From: the human T2T-CHM13v2.0 reference genome, Homo sapiens
Assembly (NCBI RefSeq): GCF_009914755.1
Contig: NC_060932.1
DNA length: 64,000 bases
Direction: 5' to 3' (one strand)
Shown here: piece after piece, positions 25,031-45,975 of the stretch
How positions within the stretch are numbered: the first letter of the stretch is position 1
Layout of the letters: each line of letters begins with the position of its first letter
Translations under genes and position numbers: made by a program
Notes under the pieces: generated by a model
The model's database searches: none
The model's input: only the letters and a program-made list of their open reading frames with translations
Told to the model about the DNA's origin: nothing

Positions 25031-25799
25031 TTGAAAAACAAAGTCCCAGGAAGTCCTGTATCTCTGAAACAACTACCTTTAGCCTTCCATGACCATCTTT
25101 ATATATGTGATTTTCTTATGTAAACTTGCTAGAAAAGGCAAATCTATAGAGACAAAAAACGGATTAATAGTTGCCTGGGACTAGAGACACGTATGCGTAA
25201 CACTCTTATTTTTACACATACATACAGGTGTATGTATATATGCTTGATGTTCCGACAGAGAGTCAAGATTGCTGTCTTTTCTTGTGGCTTGTCAATGATT
25301 CTGTTTCATATTTTAGTTAGATGATAGGTAGATGTAAGTATATATGTATTAGCATACATACATATGGTATTTTGTAAATATGTCAGGCACATTGTTAGAG
25401 AATACTTTCTTTTGACTTTCCTTCCTCCTTTTATACCCTGTAAACAAACAATTGTTAACAATTATGTGACCTTCCCTCTTTCTCCATGCTCATAGACTCA
25501 TAGTCAATATAATGTAGCATTGGGTGTAATAGTATAATCCACATACACCATTTCCTGTGTGTTTAGTTGTATGTGGGGTTTTACTCAGTATTGTTTGCTT
25601 CATAAAAACAGGACCATACAATACATAATTTTCTGTGTTTTGCTTCCCTCAATATATTGTGGAAATCTCTCCAAGTCAAGTGATAAATCACCTAATACAG
25701 TCTTAAGTTTTAGTTATTTAAATAATTTATTCACATAGCTCAAAATTCAAAAGGCACAGAATTGTGTATAATAAAACGTCTCTCAACCATGTTCCTTGG

Positions 25800-29360
<3,561 letters not shown>

Positions 29361-29460
29361 AAATACATCAACAGCAGAACCTTTTCCTTGAACAGCCCAC
29401 CTAGCTCAAAGCTGTCATGCCCCATGTACACATTTAGAGCTTTCAATCAACTTTTTAGTT

Positions 29461-30699
<1,239 letters not shown>

Positions 30700-30726
30700 G
30701 GTTCCATACCCTTTCTTTAGTTTTTA

Positions 30727-31092
<366 letters not shown>

Positions 31093-31342
31093 TTATATGT
31101 ATTTATACACCTATGTTGTGTGTCTGTCACCCAGAACAAGATGTGGATTTTTTTTGCCTTTTCCTAGGCCACGTCGTCCCCATCTCTATGGATACTCCGC
31201 TCACTCGTCTTGTTCAGCTTCTTTTTCTTATGTTCTTGAATTTCAGTTGCAAATGTTCACATTGCACCTCTTCTAATTTCTGAAGTTTTAAATAGTGACT
31301 GTGGCAACTGTCAAAGCTGCATTATCAACAATGAGAGTGGAT

Positions 31343-31660
31343 TGTGTTACCGTTCACAATACCCAGTAGCCCTCCATGTGGGAGAATCAGACTTCTTTCT
31401 CCTCCCCATTGAACTTAGACATGGCCATGTGACTTGTCTTGCCAATAAAATGTAAACAGAAGTGGTGTGTGTTGGTTCCAGGAAGAACCTTGAAGAGCAT
31501 GTGTGTGCTTGGTCATACTTTTTCCCTCTCTGCCAGTTACCAGAATATTCCAAGTCGTGGCTGCTTTCCCTGCTTGGATCCTACATGTGAACTACATCAT
31601 GTGAACAGAGTACCCAGACACCTGTGACAGACATGTTGTATGAGATAGACACCTTTATTT
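31343..31660 (+). mobile_element. MLT1-type (MaLR) LTR remnant
   Basis: GGCCATGTGACTTG...GCCAATAAAATGTAAACAGAAGTG motif. Confidence 0.6.
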
Positions 31661-31679
31661 TTATTCTTTCTCAATTGAG

Positions 31680-33290
<1,611 letters not shown>

Positions 33291-35553
33291 TACATGGTAG
33301 AGTTAAAAGCTCCGAGAAGAACATATGGAACCCTCTCTGCTTCTGGCCCTGCCCCCCTCTGTCGGCCTCTTCACCTCTCCACTGTCATCTCACCCAACGC
33401 TCAGCCACGGCCAACTCCTTCCAGCTTCTTGAACATGATTTGTTCTTTCTTACTGCCATTCCTTTGTATATGCCTTTCCTTCACCTGGAAGACTCTATCT
33501 TTGCGTGGCTAACTTCTTTTTATTCCCAAAGCTTCAGTGCAATTCTCTTCTTCCTTTGAGAAAATTTTCTTGATTCTATTCTTCTGCCAGCCAAGATCAG
33601 ATGCCTCCATCATCTAAAGTACGAGACACATATTTCATATTTCTTTTATAGTTCAGTTCAATTTAAAGATGAGTACTTGGCTGGGAACTAGGAAGACCAT
33701 GACAGTGACACATGGCTCAGGTCCAAGTGGCTCACTGTGGTGGTAGAGGAAACATACAATTACGTGGATGGTGATGTAGTTTAATGAGGTACGTATTGGG
33801 CACAGATTGGACTCAAAGGGCTGAGTGGTCACATGGCACCAGGTAGGCAAGGAATGGCTTTTCTTGAAAGATATTTGAGCTGGGACTTGAAGGATTCTCT
33901 GAGTGAGAAGACTTACCTCAATTATTTTGCATTAACTTTGCATCCATTGCCTCCTTCCCCATTACTTGGGAGGTGCTTACGTACCATGAAGTCACACACT
34001 CTGGTCCTTGAAACTGTACTATCTGCAAGAGGGCTGATGTGACAGAGGAGGAAGAGGAGTGATGGAGGGGGAGGAAACATGAACATTGTATAACTCAAGA
34101 TTGAGGTAGTGTAGTCTCTTGTATCCTATTCTAAGTAGGCTAACTCTTTTCTTCTGGGTATGTGGTTTAATTCAATAAACTAAATGATTTATTAAAATAA
34201 GTAATAAAAAGTATTTGAGCTTTTTCATTTGGTTTGGACTTTTGTGCTCTAGGAACTCTGGGATAGTCTGCCTGGTAGTATCTGTGGAGGCTACCACTGA
34301 ATCAAGGTAACTTCCCACGTGACATAGTTCTCTAATCAGAGTTGTGCTTTCAGAAGATTTTGGTAGTGGGGGTGAGCAACTGCTAGTCCAGGCATGATCT
34401 CAAGGGATGAATGAGAGATTTGATGGCTGAAATATTTCTACAAGACTTAATAGCTCTTTGTAGAAGGTTAGAAGAAAGAGGAAAGAGTGTGAAGAATTAA
34501 AGATGGTCATTTTAAGAATTAGTGTCATTGGGTGGGAATGCTATTTATAAGTCCAAATGAAAGCCAGAAGTTTGGATTCTGGTGTCTGCCCTGCCTCACT
34601 GTAGCTATGTGGCCTTCTACAAATTCTTCATTAAAAAAATAACAGAGCTGGACCAGGTGATCTCTAAAGATCCATTCCAGTTCTCAGAGTCTACGAAAAG
34701 CTATTTTGCACTCCTATCCTCATCCTTTAGCATGTGGTCAGCTTAGGGTATTTGAAGGTGTTTTAACAAGATCTAGCTACAGTCCGTTTACTAAAGGACA
34801 GGCTGCCAGTGTGACAGCCTGTTCAAATGCTGCTTGGAAACAGAATGAGTGCTCTATGTTCAGGGCACTGTGGCAGGTGGTGTTGGGGATCCCATGGTTC
34901 CTGCCATGAAAAAAAGAGCCATCTAATCAGAGACAAGTCCAAAGCACATAGATAGCCAAGCAACTATAATCAGGACTATAAAAGTGCAATTTATCAGAGT
35001 AAAAGATTTGGAAGAGATTTAAATTAATAAAAAGTGTTGGATAAACCTTTGCCTTTCTCTCACTCATGGCTGTGACCATAAGAAATGCTACTAGATGCTG
35101 ATGATGAAATCAGGCTTAAGTCAACTTGAGTGGCAACCAGGATTTTTGCTCTCCTGCTATGAGAAAACCTCAAACCTCTCTTTGTTCCTTCTTTTCCTCT
35201 AAGCCTCCTGCTCAAGTTTTAGAAAATGTCCAACTGGCCAAGTCTTTCCATTATCAAAGATGTGGTTACTTTGATCACCCTTTGGATAGTTTCCTTCCTG
35301 AACTCCTAGATACACTTACTGAATGGGAGGCCCTCCCCTGAACTCCTCCCCTACCCGTCACCAACATTTGCCTTGAGTCTATGGCAGACTTCTAGAGTCT
35401 AACCCTGATACAGTAATAGTTTTAGGCTTTTCTTTCTGGGGATTTGGATGACTTCTGGGGAACTTTGCTATACTATGCTCATCAACATCAACACTGATGA
35501 AGATGGACATCTGGTTCCACTCTGCAGCACTCTGGGCTTCAGTTAGGCAGAAA

Positions 35554-35861
35554 CTTTTTTTTTTTTTTTTTTTTTTTAAGACAGAGTCTCGCTCTGTCGT
35601 CCATGCTGGAGTGCAGTAGTGCGATCTTGGCTTACTGCAAGCTCTGCCTCCCAGGTTCACGCCATTCTCCTGCCTCAGCCTCCTGAGTAGTTGGGACTAC
35701 AGGTGCACACCACCATACCCGGCTAATTTTTTGTATTTTTTTTAGTACAGACGGGGTTTCACCATGTTAGCCAGGATGGTCTCTATCTCCTGACCTTGTG
35801 ATCTGCCTGCCTTGGCCTCCCAAAGTGCTGGGATTACAGGCGTGAGCCACCGCGCCTGGCC
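35554..35861 (-). mobile_element. AluY/Sc-like
   Basis: Poly-T then GACAGAGTCTCGC...; GTTAGCCAGGATGGTCT; TSD-like GGCAGA(AA/TT)CT. Confidence 0.9.
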
Positions 35862-36042
35862 GGCAGATTCTTTAAGGGGTCTGAGTCAGTCATGGATATG
35901 CTTTCTTCTAATCTCCCATTCTAGCCAATCAAGTACTTTTTCTTAGGGGACAGAATGGAAAGACAGTTTTCAGATTAAAAAAAAAAAAAAAGAACATACT
36001 ATGCAAGTTAACTCATTTAATTCTCAAAGCAACTCTATGAAA

Positions 36043-36092
<50 letters not shown>
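36043..36092. repeat. (TAG)16 microsatellite within a MIR-like element (~35995-36230)
   Basis: Direct read; flanked by CATTTAATTCTCA and GATGAGGAAAGTGAGGCCCA (MIR core). Confidence 0.92.
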
Positions 36093-36248
36093 TACTCATT
36101 TTTAATGATGAGGAAAGTGAGGCCCAAGAAGAATAAGGAACTTCTCAAGGTCACATGGCTAGTAAGTGGTAAAACCAAGCTATGAACTTGGGCCTTCTGA
36201 TTGCAGGGCTGGAGGTTTTAATCCTACAGCCTTTCAGCTAACTAGTTA

Positions 36249-36685
36249 TGAAATTGACCCAACAGCCCCATACACAGTTGTTTTTGGATAAACATAGAAA
36301 TGGACCCTTCTTCTCTTAAAGCTTAAAACTTATATTTGTTTTATCTTAGTTCTTTCCTCAGGAAAGGAACCCTCAGGCCTCTCAAAACGTATCATAGAAC
36401 TGAAACTCACCAGATCAGCACATCCAGACAGTGAGATGCCCAACACCTCAATCATCATGATTGCTTCCTTGCCTCTCCCTCGTTCCTGTTTTTTTACGCA
36501 TTACTTCCCTGCTATATAAACCCCTAGTTTTAGTTAGGGAGATGGATTTGAGACTGAACTCCCATCTCCTTGACTACAGCACCCTATTAAAGCCTTCTTC
36601 CTTGGCAATACTCATCATCTCAGTCATTGGCTTTCTATGCGGCAAGCAGCAGGGCCTAGATCAAAACCCAGGTGTTTTGGTAACA
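36249..36685 (+). mobile_element. ERV1-class solo LTR (family not assigned)
   Basis: TGAAATTGACCCAA...TTTGGTAACA termini, TATATAAA at ~36513, ATTAAA at ~36586, TSD-like GTTA/GTCA. Confidence 0.75.
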
Positions 36686-37984
36686 GTCACCCTAACAGAC
36701 TAGACACCTAAAATTCTCATTGTTCTACTTCCATCTTCTCCTCAGACCCCAAAAGCGTTCGATTTGTATCACCTTGTACATCTTTTAAGTAGTCCTAAAT
36801 TAAATAACTGTATGGCAGCCAGCATCGTCTGGATGTGCTGCTGGTGAGTATTCCTACTTGACAGATGAAAGGTAGAGACATGGCCTTCATAGAATTGCCT
36901 TGGAGTTATGAAGCAATTCTGTACTGTAGGGCAAGCACTGGTTTCCTGACTTCAGCCTCTACATACTCCCAATGACTCATAACCACGGTTACCTTATACT
37001 TTTACTTTGTGTTACATACCACTGATTTGCAGGCAGAGTTATGAAAGTACAGGTGAATAGACTTATTTTATAAATGGGTCCTTGGGCGGGAACAGTATGC
37101 CAAGAATCATATTAACAAAATTAACATCTTTCATATTGTCCGATGCAAAGTTGTTTTATTAGCACTGTATGGTAGATGGTAGTTGGTAGAAATGAAGACG
37201 TACACACCATCCCCTTTTCCACTGTTTTTTATATATCCAAGTGTTCAGAGCTAATGCAAACCAGAAGACCTGACACTTACGTTCCAACTTAATGGGAATG
37301 GATGACCCAACTTTCATTATTTCCAGTATAGTGTCAGGTGCTCTTTCAGCTTGGAGGTCTATTGTACAGTCTTATACGATAATGAAGAAAAGTGAACCTA
37401 GCCAAATGATAAAGGTTGACAGGTGCTATAAATAGGACACGCTACCTCTAATGTGAGAAACTAGGTCACAGCATCCAGACACTCAATGTAGACAACGTAA
37501 TCCAAAAATACTTCTTCAAAACTGGCTACCAAGAAGCACCCATCCCTTTGATTAATAGGATCTAGTTTTCCAGCAAGTAATTTCCTTCAGAAAATAAACC
37601 CAATCCAGCAAGTGATTTACAGCTGCTCCATCCCACTTCCCCCAATCCCCAACCCACAGTGGTTGATGCTACAAAAACAGGCCCTTGGAATACATCCATG
37701 TCATAAACTAACCCAGGCTTTTGAAATTTTAAGTTACTGTTTTATATTCCACTTGCTTTTTGTGCACAATTCAGATTTCTATTTCTATAACCCTTTCTAT
37801 AACCCCTTATTCACAAAGTTGTCCCCTCTATAATTTCCTTTTCTATAACCAAAAGGGAACACCTGAGTCTAATGGCATTTAGAATCTGATTGTTGTGTGA
37901 GATACTGACATAAAATCATGTGGTAGAGTCAAGTCTGTGTTTTTATTCCTGCTTAAACACTGAAACTCCATCTGTGATTGGTGA

Positions 37985-38304
<320 letters not shown>

Positions 38305-39111
38305 TTCTGGTACTTAGTCTTATAGTGGAAGGTATTCTGGGATATAACATAACTAATTTAACCACTTCCAGTTTCAGTTCCTCATCTGTGAAACAGAATT
38401 AAAAGGCCAGTTTTGCAAAGTTTTTGGGGTTACTAATGAAAATGTATGTATACAAAGTACTTGGTTCACGTAGGGGCTCAATGATGGCTATTGTTATTTG
38501 CAGGGTTACTAGAATACTTCCATTTAATTATGTCTGTTTGTTGCTCTGACAAGCCCTCTGGCAAAAAAGTTACTGTACAGATAAAATTCTAGGTTCAAAT
38601 TTGCTATGTAACGGACCCCTAGGCATGGAGAAAGAAGAGGGGAAGAATGGAAGGATTTTCTTAGTCCTCTGCGCCAGGCACTGTGCTAAGTATTTAATAC
38701 TGACTGTTGCATGAAGCAGGCGTTCTTCCCCTCCGTCTCCCCCGAGAGGTGGAGAAGGTGAGTCTGTGAGCAATCATGTTGTGCAAGGCCCCTGGGCTGC
38801 CTTTGGACCTGGTAGGAGGTCTGGCTCTAAAGTGTCAGCCTGTTTGTTTAAGAGATATTTCTGAAAGGAACCCATGTTGCCCGTGCTATTGCAGAAGTTA
38901 TTCAGTAACTGCCATGTGGGCTGAGACGTGAGGATAAGTCACTTAAAACCCAGGTCTCACTGGAAGATGGAGAGGGAGGGTTGGTATTTGTATTCTGACA
39001 GTTTTTCAAGTCAGTTGTGTTAAGGTTGGTCAGGCAGAAATGAACAAGCAGGGCAAAATGAAAATACTTAAGAGCTAACTGCTATCCACACAAGTGTACT
39101 TTAAAAATGGT

Positions 39112-39117
39112 TTTATT
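39112..39117 (-). promoter_or_regulatory. Distal polyadenylation signal AATAAA
   Basis: TTTATT on the + strand; repeat-derived sequence resumes shortly downstream on the minus strand. Confidence 0.75.
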
Positions 39118-40747
39118 GAATATTAATCATTTACAAGTACAGTGAGCTAGACATTAAGCCAAAGCACAATTGCAGGTTAAATATAATCACAAAGATGTCT
39201 TAAATAGAAACCCACCAGGCAGGCAGGTTAAGTTCCTTGATGCCCTCCTTTGGAAAGAAGTGGAGGGTGAGGGAAAAAGGACTTCCATTTCAGGTGACGA
39301 GATGATGACTAGAGGACTTTAACATGCTGTAGGTGATTTCCCATGACCACAGCTGTAGGATTGCCAGATTTAGAAAAACCAAACAATGAGAAAAACCAGC
39401 ATGCTCAGTTAAATTTGAATTTCAGACAAATAATGAATGCTTTTACTGTAAATATATGCCAAATATTGCATGAAACATTCTTAACGTGAAATTGTTTCTC
39501 TGAAATTCAAACTTAACTGGGCATCTTGTACTTGATCTGACAATCCTACAAATAGATAAATACAAAAAAGAAAGGAGAGGGGGTTGTAACCCCTGCCACT
39601 GTTGGGTCACACAGAGACTAAAAATAAAAACAACACGAATAATGAACCAAAGAGTCACTACACTGGTTGCTCACACAGACCAACATCACAATGAGAAAAC
39701 ACAATTACTACTCCGAGTGCTGTTGCCAGGCAACATAACATTTTCTCAAAGCTGGTTTTGTAAATGTTTTGAGAAACCTTGATAAAAGTACCTTTTTAGT
39801 TTGTAGGTATCAAAGACAAACATTACTACTACAAAGATAAGATGAGCTTGAAACAATGGGAGCAGAAGCAGGTGTTATATGCACATGAAGAGTTTCAGTG
39901 TTTTGTGTCACGGAGACAATGTTTACATACTCAAGGTCATCTTCTAGGTCTAGGCTATCGGCCTCAAAGATCTGTGTTCTTTCCTAACTTTGAATGGGTT
40001 TTCTAGCCTTTCATCCTGAACTTTGGGAGGGGTGCGCGGGTGTGTGAGGGACACCCCACTACCAGGGTTCAACTGCATTTCTCTGCAAACACTCTGAATC
40101 AACACAAGGGCTTTCAGGGCTGCCTGCAGAAATGGGTAGACTGATGTAAAAGAAATCACAGAACAATCTGAATTCTGGAACGTGAAAGAAACCTCTTTGA
40201 AAGGATGGGAGGTAGGGCAGGTGCGAAGACGTGAAGTGTAAAGCAAAAAAGAATGTGAAAGGAGGAAAAGCCGAAATGCAATCTACAGTGCGAATGTTAT
40301 TTCAGAGGAGGCAGAACTCTCTGGCAATGTATAAAACTCGTCATACTACGACCATATTTGGTCGTGCAAAGTATATAAAATCATTAGCTTCCTCTAGGTT
40401 TTCACTTTAGCATAACCATAATTTACATTTTAAAACAATTAAAAAACACAGCTTGCATATCACTCATATTCTACAAGGTATCACAGTTGCTGTCGTATCC
40501 CCACATACACAACTGAATAGGCTTTGAAATCTTTCCAGCACTTCTCCAAACCAGAAATCTGGTAGCTGAGGAAGTTCCAATATGGAGAAATTGAAATGGA
40601 TTAATTTTAATCAGCTCCATTGCATGTAAGGGAATATTACTTATGAAATATACCATCATAAAATAAGATGAACAGGTCTGAAACACATGGAGACATGGCC
40701 GACTCACTGACACACCTTTCAAACACTAAGAAATGGGACTACAATGT

Positions 40748-40757
40748 TTTATTTATT
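40748..40757 (-). promoter_or_regulatory. Overlapping AATAAATAAA, candidate alternative poly(A) signal
   Basis: TTTATTTATT on the + strand inside the 3'UTR. Confidence 0.45.
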
Positions 40758-43700
40758 AAAATATAAAAGGTTAAAAAGTTTCCGCCATAGTTAAGGCTTT
40801 CTAGAGGGGAAAAATTTAATTTATTAATGGCAGAGTGCACAAGTTGCTGAAGAAGCCTCATGTTCTAGAATAGTAGTTTTCGAGTGCATTTGCTTTCCAT
40901 ATGCTAGATGTGTACAATAGCTCAAACATCACTTTCACAATTACTTTCTTTTCACTTCTGTCACTGATCTGACATTAAACAAATTTGACTTTACTCTTTA
41001 AATACGTATCTGACATGAAATCCTATCTTAATGGCAGTTTTGAATACCTGCCAAATTAGTAAGGTCTATAGCTTTACGTGAGACAATTAGTCCAACAGAA
41101 AACACAAGAAGAAGGCTATTTGTCACAGATATCACACAAGAGGGATTCGGATACAATGGGGGAAAGGTGCTTGAAAATACACACCACTTCTGTTTGCAAG
41201 GCCATTTACAGGAATCCAGATAGTGCACATGTTAAAAAGGCGGGGGTGGGGACAATGCCCAATAACCCTTCGTGCCATTGGGAGAGACACTGAAACAGAA
41301 AAACCTAGACAACTTATTGCATTCTAATGCCGTTCTCCGGCATATATCAAAATTTTATTTTTTGTAAAACGGATACAATAATAGAATGTTAATCTACATT
41401 ATTTGCTTGCCATATTCAGGCATTTCTCTGTATACTTCAATGCACTTTGTATTTTGAGAGCAAAGGGAAATCAGTCTAGCCACTAACATCAAGCTCAAAG
41501 AAGTATAAGGATGCTATTTCATGAAAACATCCTAATGTTGATTCTACTTATGCTGCTTGAAAAGCTAGAAATTCCAAACTCCAAGAAGGAAAAGGAAAAC
41601 AAGAATCCTGGTTGCACTGCTGTTATTTTGCATCGAATCAAAACTCTGGGTTCCATGCTGTCATTTGTTAACAAAGCGGCAGTGTTCTGAGCAAAGCGCA
41701 TGAGGCCTAATACCCATTCCTGGTTGTGATACAAAAGCTAGGAGGTATCTGGTCTCCTTTTTTAAGACCCAAGATGAGGAGAAAATGAATGGAGTCAAAG
41801 GTCATTGCTGGAGCTAATTTTAATTCCAGACTAGTAATTTAGGAAAGAGGGAAGGAGGTCAAATACAGGGAGAAAGTTCGGGACCAGGGCACTTAATTTA
41901 TGCCTGAGTCAAGTATCCAGCAGGCCAACAGCAGGTAAACTGGAACCATCAGGTCTGGAGAAGCCCTTTAGTTTTGGAACTCGGGTAGAGCCGGTGGAGA
42001 CGTTCAGATTCTTTCTTCCATGTGGTTAGGGAAACAGAGGGGCCATTTCGGGGTAGGCCATATTGGATGATCCTAACTTGCTAGTATTTCTATATAGTAC
42101 ATATACAAAAAATAAAAGACTTCAGCCTAATTTAATGCCATGCTTTTATATTGGAAAGGGTTCTTCATACGGCTACAGATGAAAATCCCAAATGTAATAA
42201 ACTTGTCCTAACTTTTGAGTGCACTCATGATGACCTTTGGTTTTCAAGTTCTGAAAAAAATGTATTTGGCTCCTCTGATATATCCATTAACCCACTCTCT
42301 TAAGCAGATGAGTAATATATGCACACTCTTTCAAGAACTACTATATACTTGAATCATTATAGGACAAGAAGCACCGCAAATGTCTTCCTTACACAGTACC
42401 TTCACCTGGCACACAGAGCATGAGACGTATAACACTGGCAGTTTAAATACTGAACCACAGTTTAACTTCTCAAGTGTAAGGACCAAGATGAAAACTGGCG
42501 CATCCATTCATCTAGTTAGTATGATGGAAACAACATACAACCACAGTTAGGTAGTGGTTTATCTTTTTAATGAAGCCATAAAGCTTTCCATATCTATATC
42601 ATATTAACTCTTTTACTTAACTAAAAATCACAGCTGTGTTTACCATTTTAAACTACGTCTGGGGGAAGGTAAGTAAGACACACTTGACAGCTACTGAAAA
42701 CTACACAGATGGCAATTTCTTCAACCCTTTGTTACAGCAAAAGAGAAGGAAAGAAGGGGAAAAAAAGCCCTCTTAATGAATATCAACTCTCAAAGCTTCA
42801 CCTGGAATTCTAGTGCTATTAAACAAGTAGCCAAGACACAAACACCCAGCTTGGGTCACTGAAACTTCAAAAGAAGCAACAACTGAGGCTAATTCTCGAT
42901 TTAATTTTGAGGACCCATAAAAATTCAGCTACAAACATTCAAACTAGTCTGGATGCCTAGTTCCAGCACTGGGTTGAAGCCAAAATCAAAGCAAAATGTA
43001 TATATTTTAAGAGTCTATTTCTAGAAGTTTTGCATGTAACCATTTTATTTTGCTTCAGGAGATTAAAGGAGGTCACAGCTTAATCACCTTGCATTAAACC
43101 CATCGTTTTCAGGGCTTTGAATTGCAATGGCAAGTTTGTGTCACACTGTCTTTCCTATTCCTCCTCGTGTTTATATTTCTTTCGCTTCAAAGCAGAGTAG
43201 ATGCACAGTATATCAAGTAAATAAGTTAGTGCACTCAATTCATATTCAGTTAAGGTGAAAAGGGCAAGTGTAAGAACTATAAAGGATCATTTTTTTTATA
43301 AATGTCAATGGCACTTGGTAAATGTTGATGAAAATAAACAGTAATTTCACAAAGAAAATTGTATGGTATTTCTTTCTCACCTTCATTGAAAAAATAACAG
43401 AAAGGGCTTTGGTTTCAATTTTTGTTCTCCTTGTCTAAACACACTAAGAAGTTTGAAGAAATGGTTCAGAAATTTAATGCAAGGATCTTTATGAACTATT
43501 TGAAGCATGCCACTCAAAATAAACCCCAAATCTGGAGTAAACAAAAAAGTCCTTGCATTTGTGTGTATCTATCCACTATTCGAGTCTGAATCCCAGCATT
43601 CTCAACTAAAGAAACAATCAAGTGGTATTTTTGTGACCCTCATCAAGTGCAGTAATTTCACTGACTTTTGAAATAAGGCAGCTAATTTGGAGGGGTAACA

Positions 43701-44705
43701 ATCCCAACAGTACAGATTAAGGGAAGGGAAGCATGTATTTTTTGGAGGCATCCCCTGGATCCATTGGGGCTGCCATGATACAGAACCACACGCTCCTCAC
43801 CCTCCTTAATGCAGCTCTTCCTTCACAGCCTCCCCAGTTTTTTCACCTTGGAACTCAAGCCCGTGTCAACCTGCATCTCCAGTACTGTCCCGAAGACCTC
43901 TGTGGCAGGCTTGTGTTGGAAAGAGCAAGTGGCCTTCACCGGCTTTGACTTCTCTGAATTTAGGCGTTCCTAAGTCAGGTTGGTGTTTGTGCCCTTCTCT
44001 TGTAAGATAGGCCAATTCATAAAAAGGTACTAAAACTTGATGTTTTTTCCTTTTCATCTCAATTTATGATAACGAGAAGTGCAGCTACAGAGCAAAATAA
44101 AAAAATTTTAAAAAGTGGAAACTGAATCTTGCTCAGCCAGAAGCTTGGGTTGCACTGCTAATGATTTTGTCAGCGTGACTTTGTGCAAAATATCCTCAAG
44201 AAGGCTCTGGCTCATTTTCAAAGTAACCCAAAAAACACAAAAAAACAAAAAACAAACAAACAATAGCCAATGATGCATGTCTGGCAAATCAAAAACAAGC
44301 TTGTTGCCTGTCGTATGTGTATATTTGTTATAGACACGTCATGCATAACAAAACAAATGTAGTGTGTGAATTGTGAACATTTGAAAAAGCATTGGTTTTC
44401 TTATTTTCCATTTCCAAGTCTAGATCGAAGCAATCTTGTTTTAGAAATGGATAATTGCAATGAAAATGAGCCTGAGATATGTTAAAAGGCCGCCCCTGTA
44501 AACATTTCCTCAAAGGGAACAGTAGCAGTTGAGTATGTATCAGTTACTCATACTATTCATCACTATAGCAATGCTTTATAGAAGACAAACAGCTTATTTC
44601 TAGGCTGTCAGGGACTTCTAGAATATTGATGTTGTTATTAGAAACAATCCTCTGTAATCCAGTCCCAGGTTGAAATCTGATCTGGCCTTCACCAGCAGGC
44701 ATTCA

Positions 44706-44792
44706 CTAGGTCTTCTGCTCTGCGGCTGTTGCGGTCTGGGAAGGGGCTTCTGGCTTCATGATCTGGTAAGTGATAAGATACTCTGGGTATGC
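44706..44792 (-). CDS. TNKS: Tankyrase-1 last coding exon including TAG stop
   Basis: [28 protein letters not shown]. This C-terminus is TNKS1-type, not TNKS2 (..RPEGMVDG). AG acceptor at 44793-94 after a pyrimidine tract. Confidence 0.97.
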
Positions 44793-45934
44793 CTGGGAAG
44801 GACAAGAAGAAAAACAAATCACCCTTCTAGTAGGCACAATATTAAAGCCTTGCCGAATGTGGAAGCCTCAAAGGCTGTTAATCGTGACCAATATTCTATA
44901 TAGACTCAGTTTCTTAATAGGTGCCTGAACAATTTGAGGTTCACCTACTTAACTGTAAATAAATGTGTATAAACCCTACAATCTAGAAAACTGAATGTTA
45001 TTTCTACTTCGAATACTGTCAATTAAGCTCCATTCATCCCTTATTAGAGAGCCATGTGTCATAAGCAGGGAAACTAAGGCCCGAGGTAGCACTAATATCT
45101 TTTTCACCTCACAGAGCATTGGTGCTGTCACACAGCGTGTGTTCAATAAAAGTTTGCTAAATGAAAGAAAAATTTTGCTGAATCCAGTCCAAATTAATCA
45201 TAGAAGATGATGTAACCCACTGAGCTAGAAGGAGTAAGGGTGAGATGTACTGAGTCACCAATAACCCAGAAACAACAGTTTGGGAACAATATTTAAAAAC
45301 TGACTACTCAAAGGCATCATTTACAGGAGAGATAAGGGCTCCGATTTAGACTGGCCTCCTTCATATTCTCTTTCTCTTTTTTCTTGCAGTCAGTAAAACA
45401 CAAGGCTGTGTCTGGAATGGGAAGAGTTCTTCTTGGTGGGAGCAGGAAAAAGGAGGCTGATCAGAGGAAGCTGCTGAAAACCTAACCAGAAATTGCAGTG
45501 AAGGCAGCAATTTGGAAGGAGAGGTAGGACACCCCTTAGTGAGTAGACTACATAGGAATTCTTCAGCCCTAACTATAACATGACGATGAAACTAGATTCA
45601 GTAGTTCAGAGTGGTCTGTGACTAAAAGAAGACTCTTGGGTGAGCAAAGTGTTTTGGGGACCAAAAATAGTTTGTTCAATGCTGACCAACAAACTACTTG
45701 CATATAGATACAGGATAAGATAATAAAAGGAAAGAAAGATAAGTAAAAACTGAATAGTAATATTAGGATTTTTTGTGAGAACTAAATGCAAAAGTCTTAG
45801 AATAGGTCTGGCATAGTAAGGATCTATTATTGTTATTATTTTTATTAGTATTATTCATTAGAGAGTACTCCCTCCTAAAAGCTCTCAGCAAGGACTTTAA
45901 AAATAACAAAAAAACATAAATGTTAAGTTCTGTC

Positions 45935-45937
<3 letters not shown>

Positions 45938-45972
<35 letters not shown>
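45938..45972. repeat. (AT)n microsatellite
   Basis: Direct read. Confidence 0.95.

Positions 45973-45975
<3 letters not shown>

Larger units (their letters stand above)
39095..44705 (-). other. TNKS: TNKS 3'UTR (~5.6 kb); 3' end approximate
   Basis: Unique, Alu-free, AT-rich sequence from the stop codon to the AATAAA at 39112-39117; TNKS is known to have a long 3'UTR. Confidence 0.8.
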
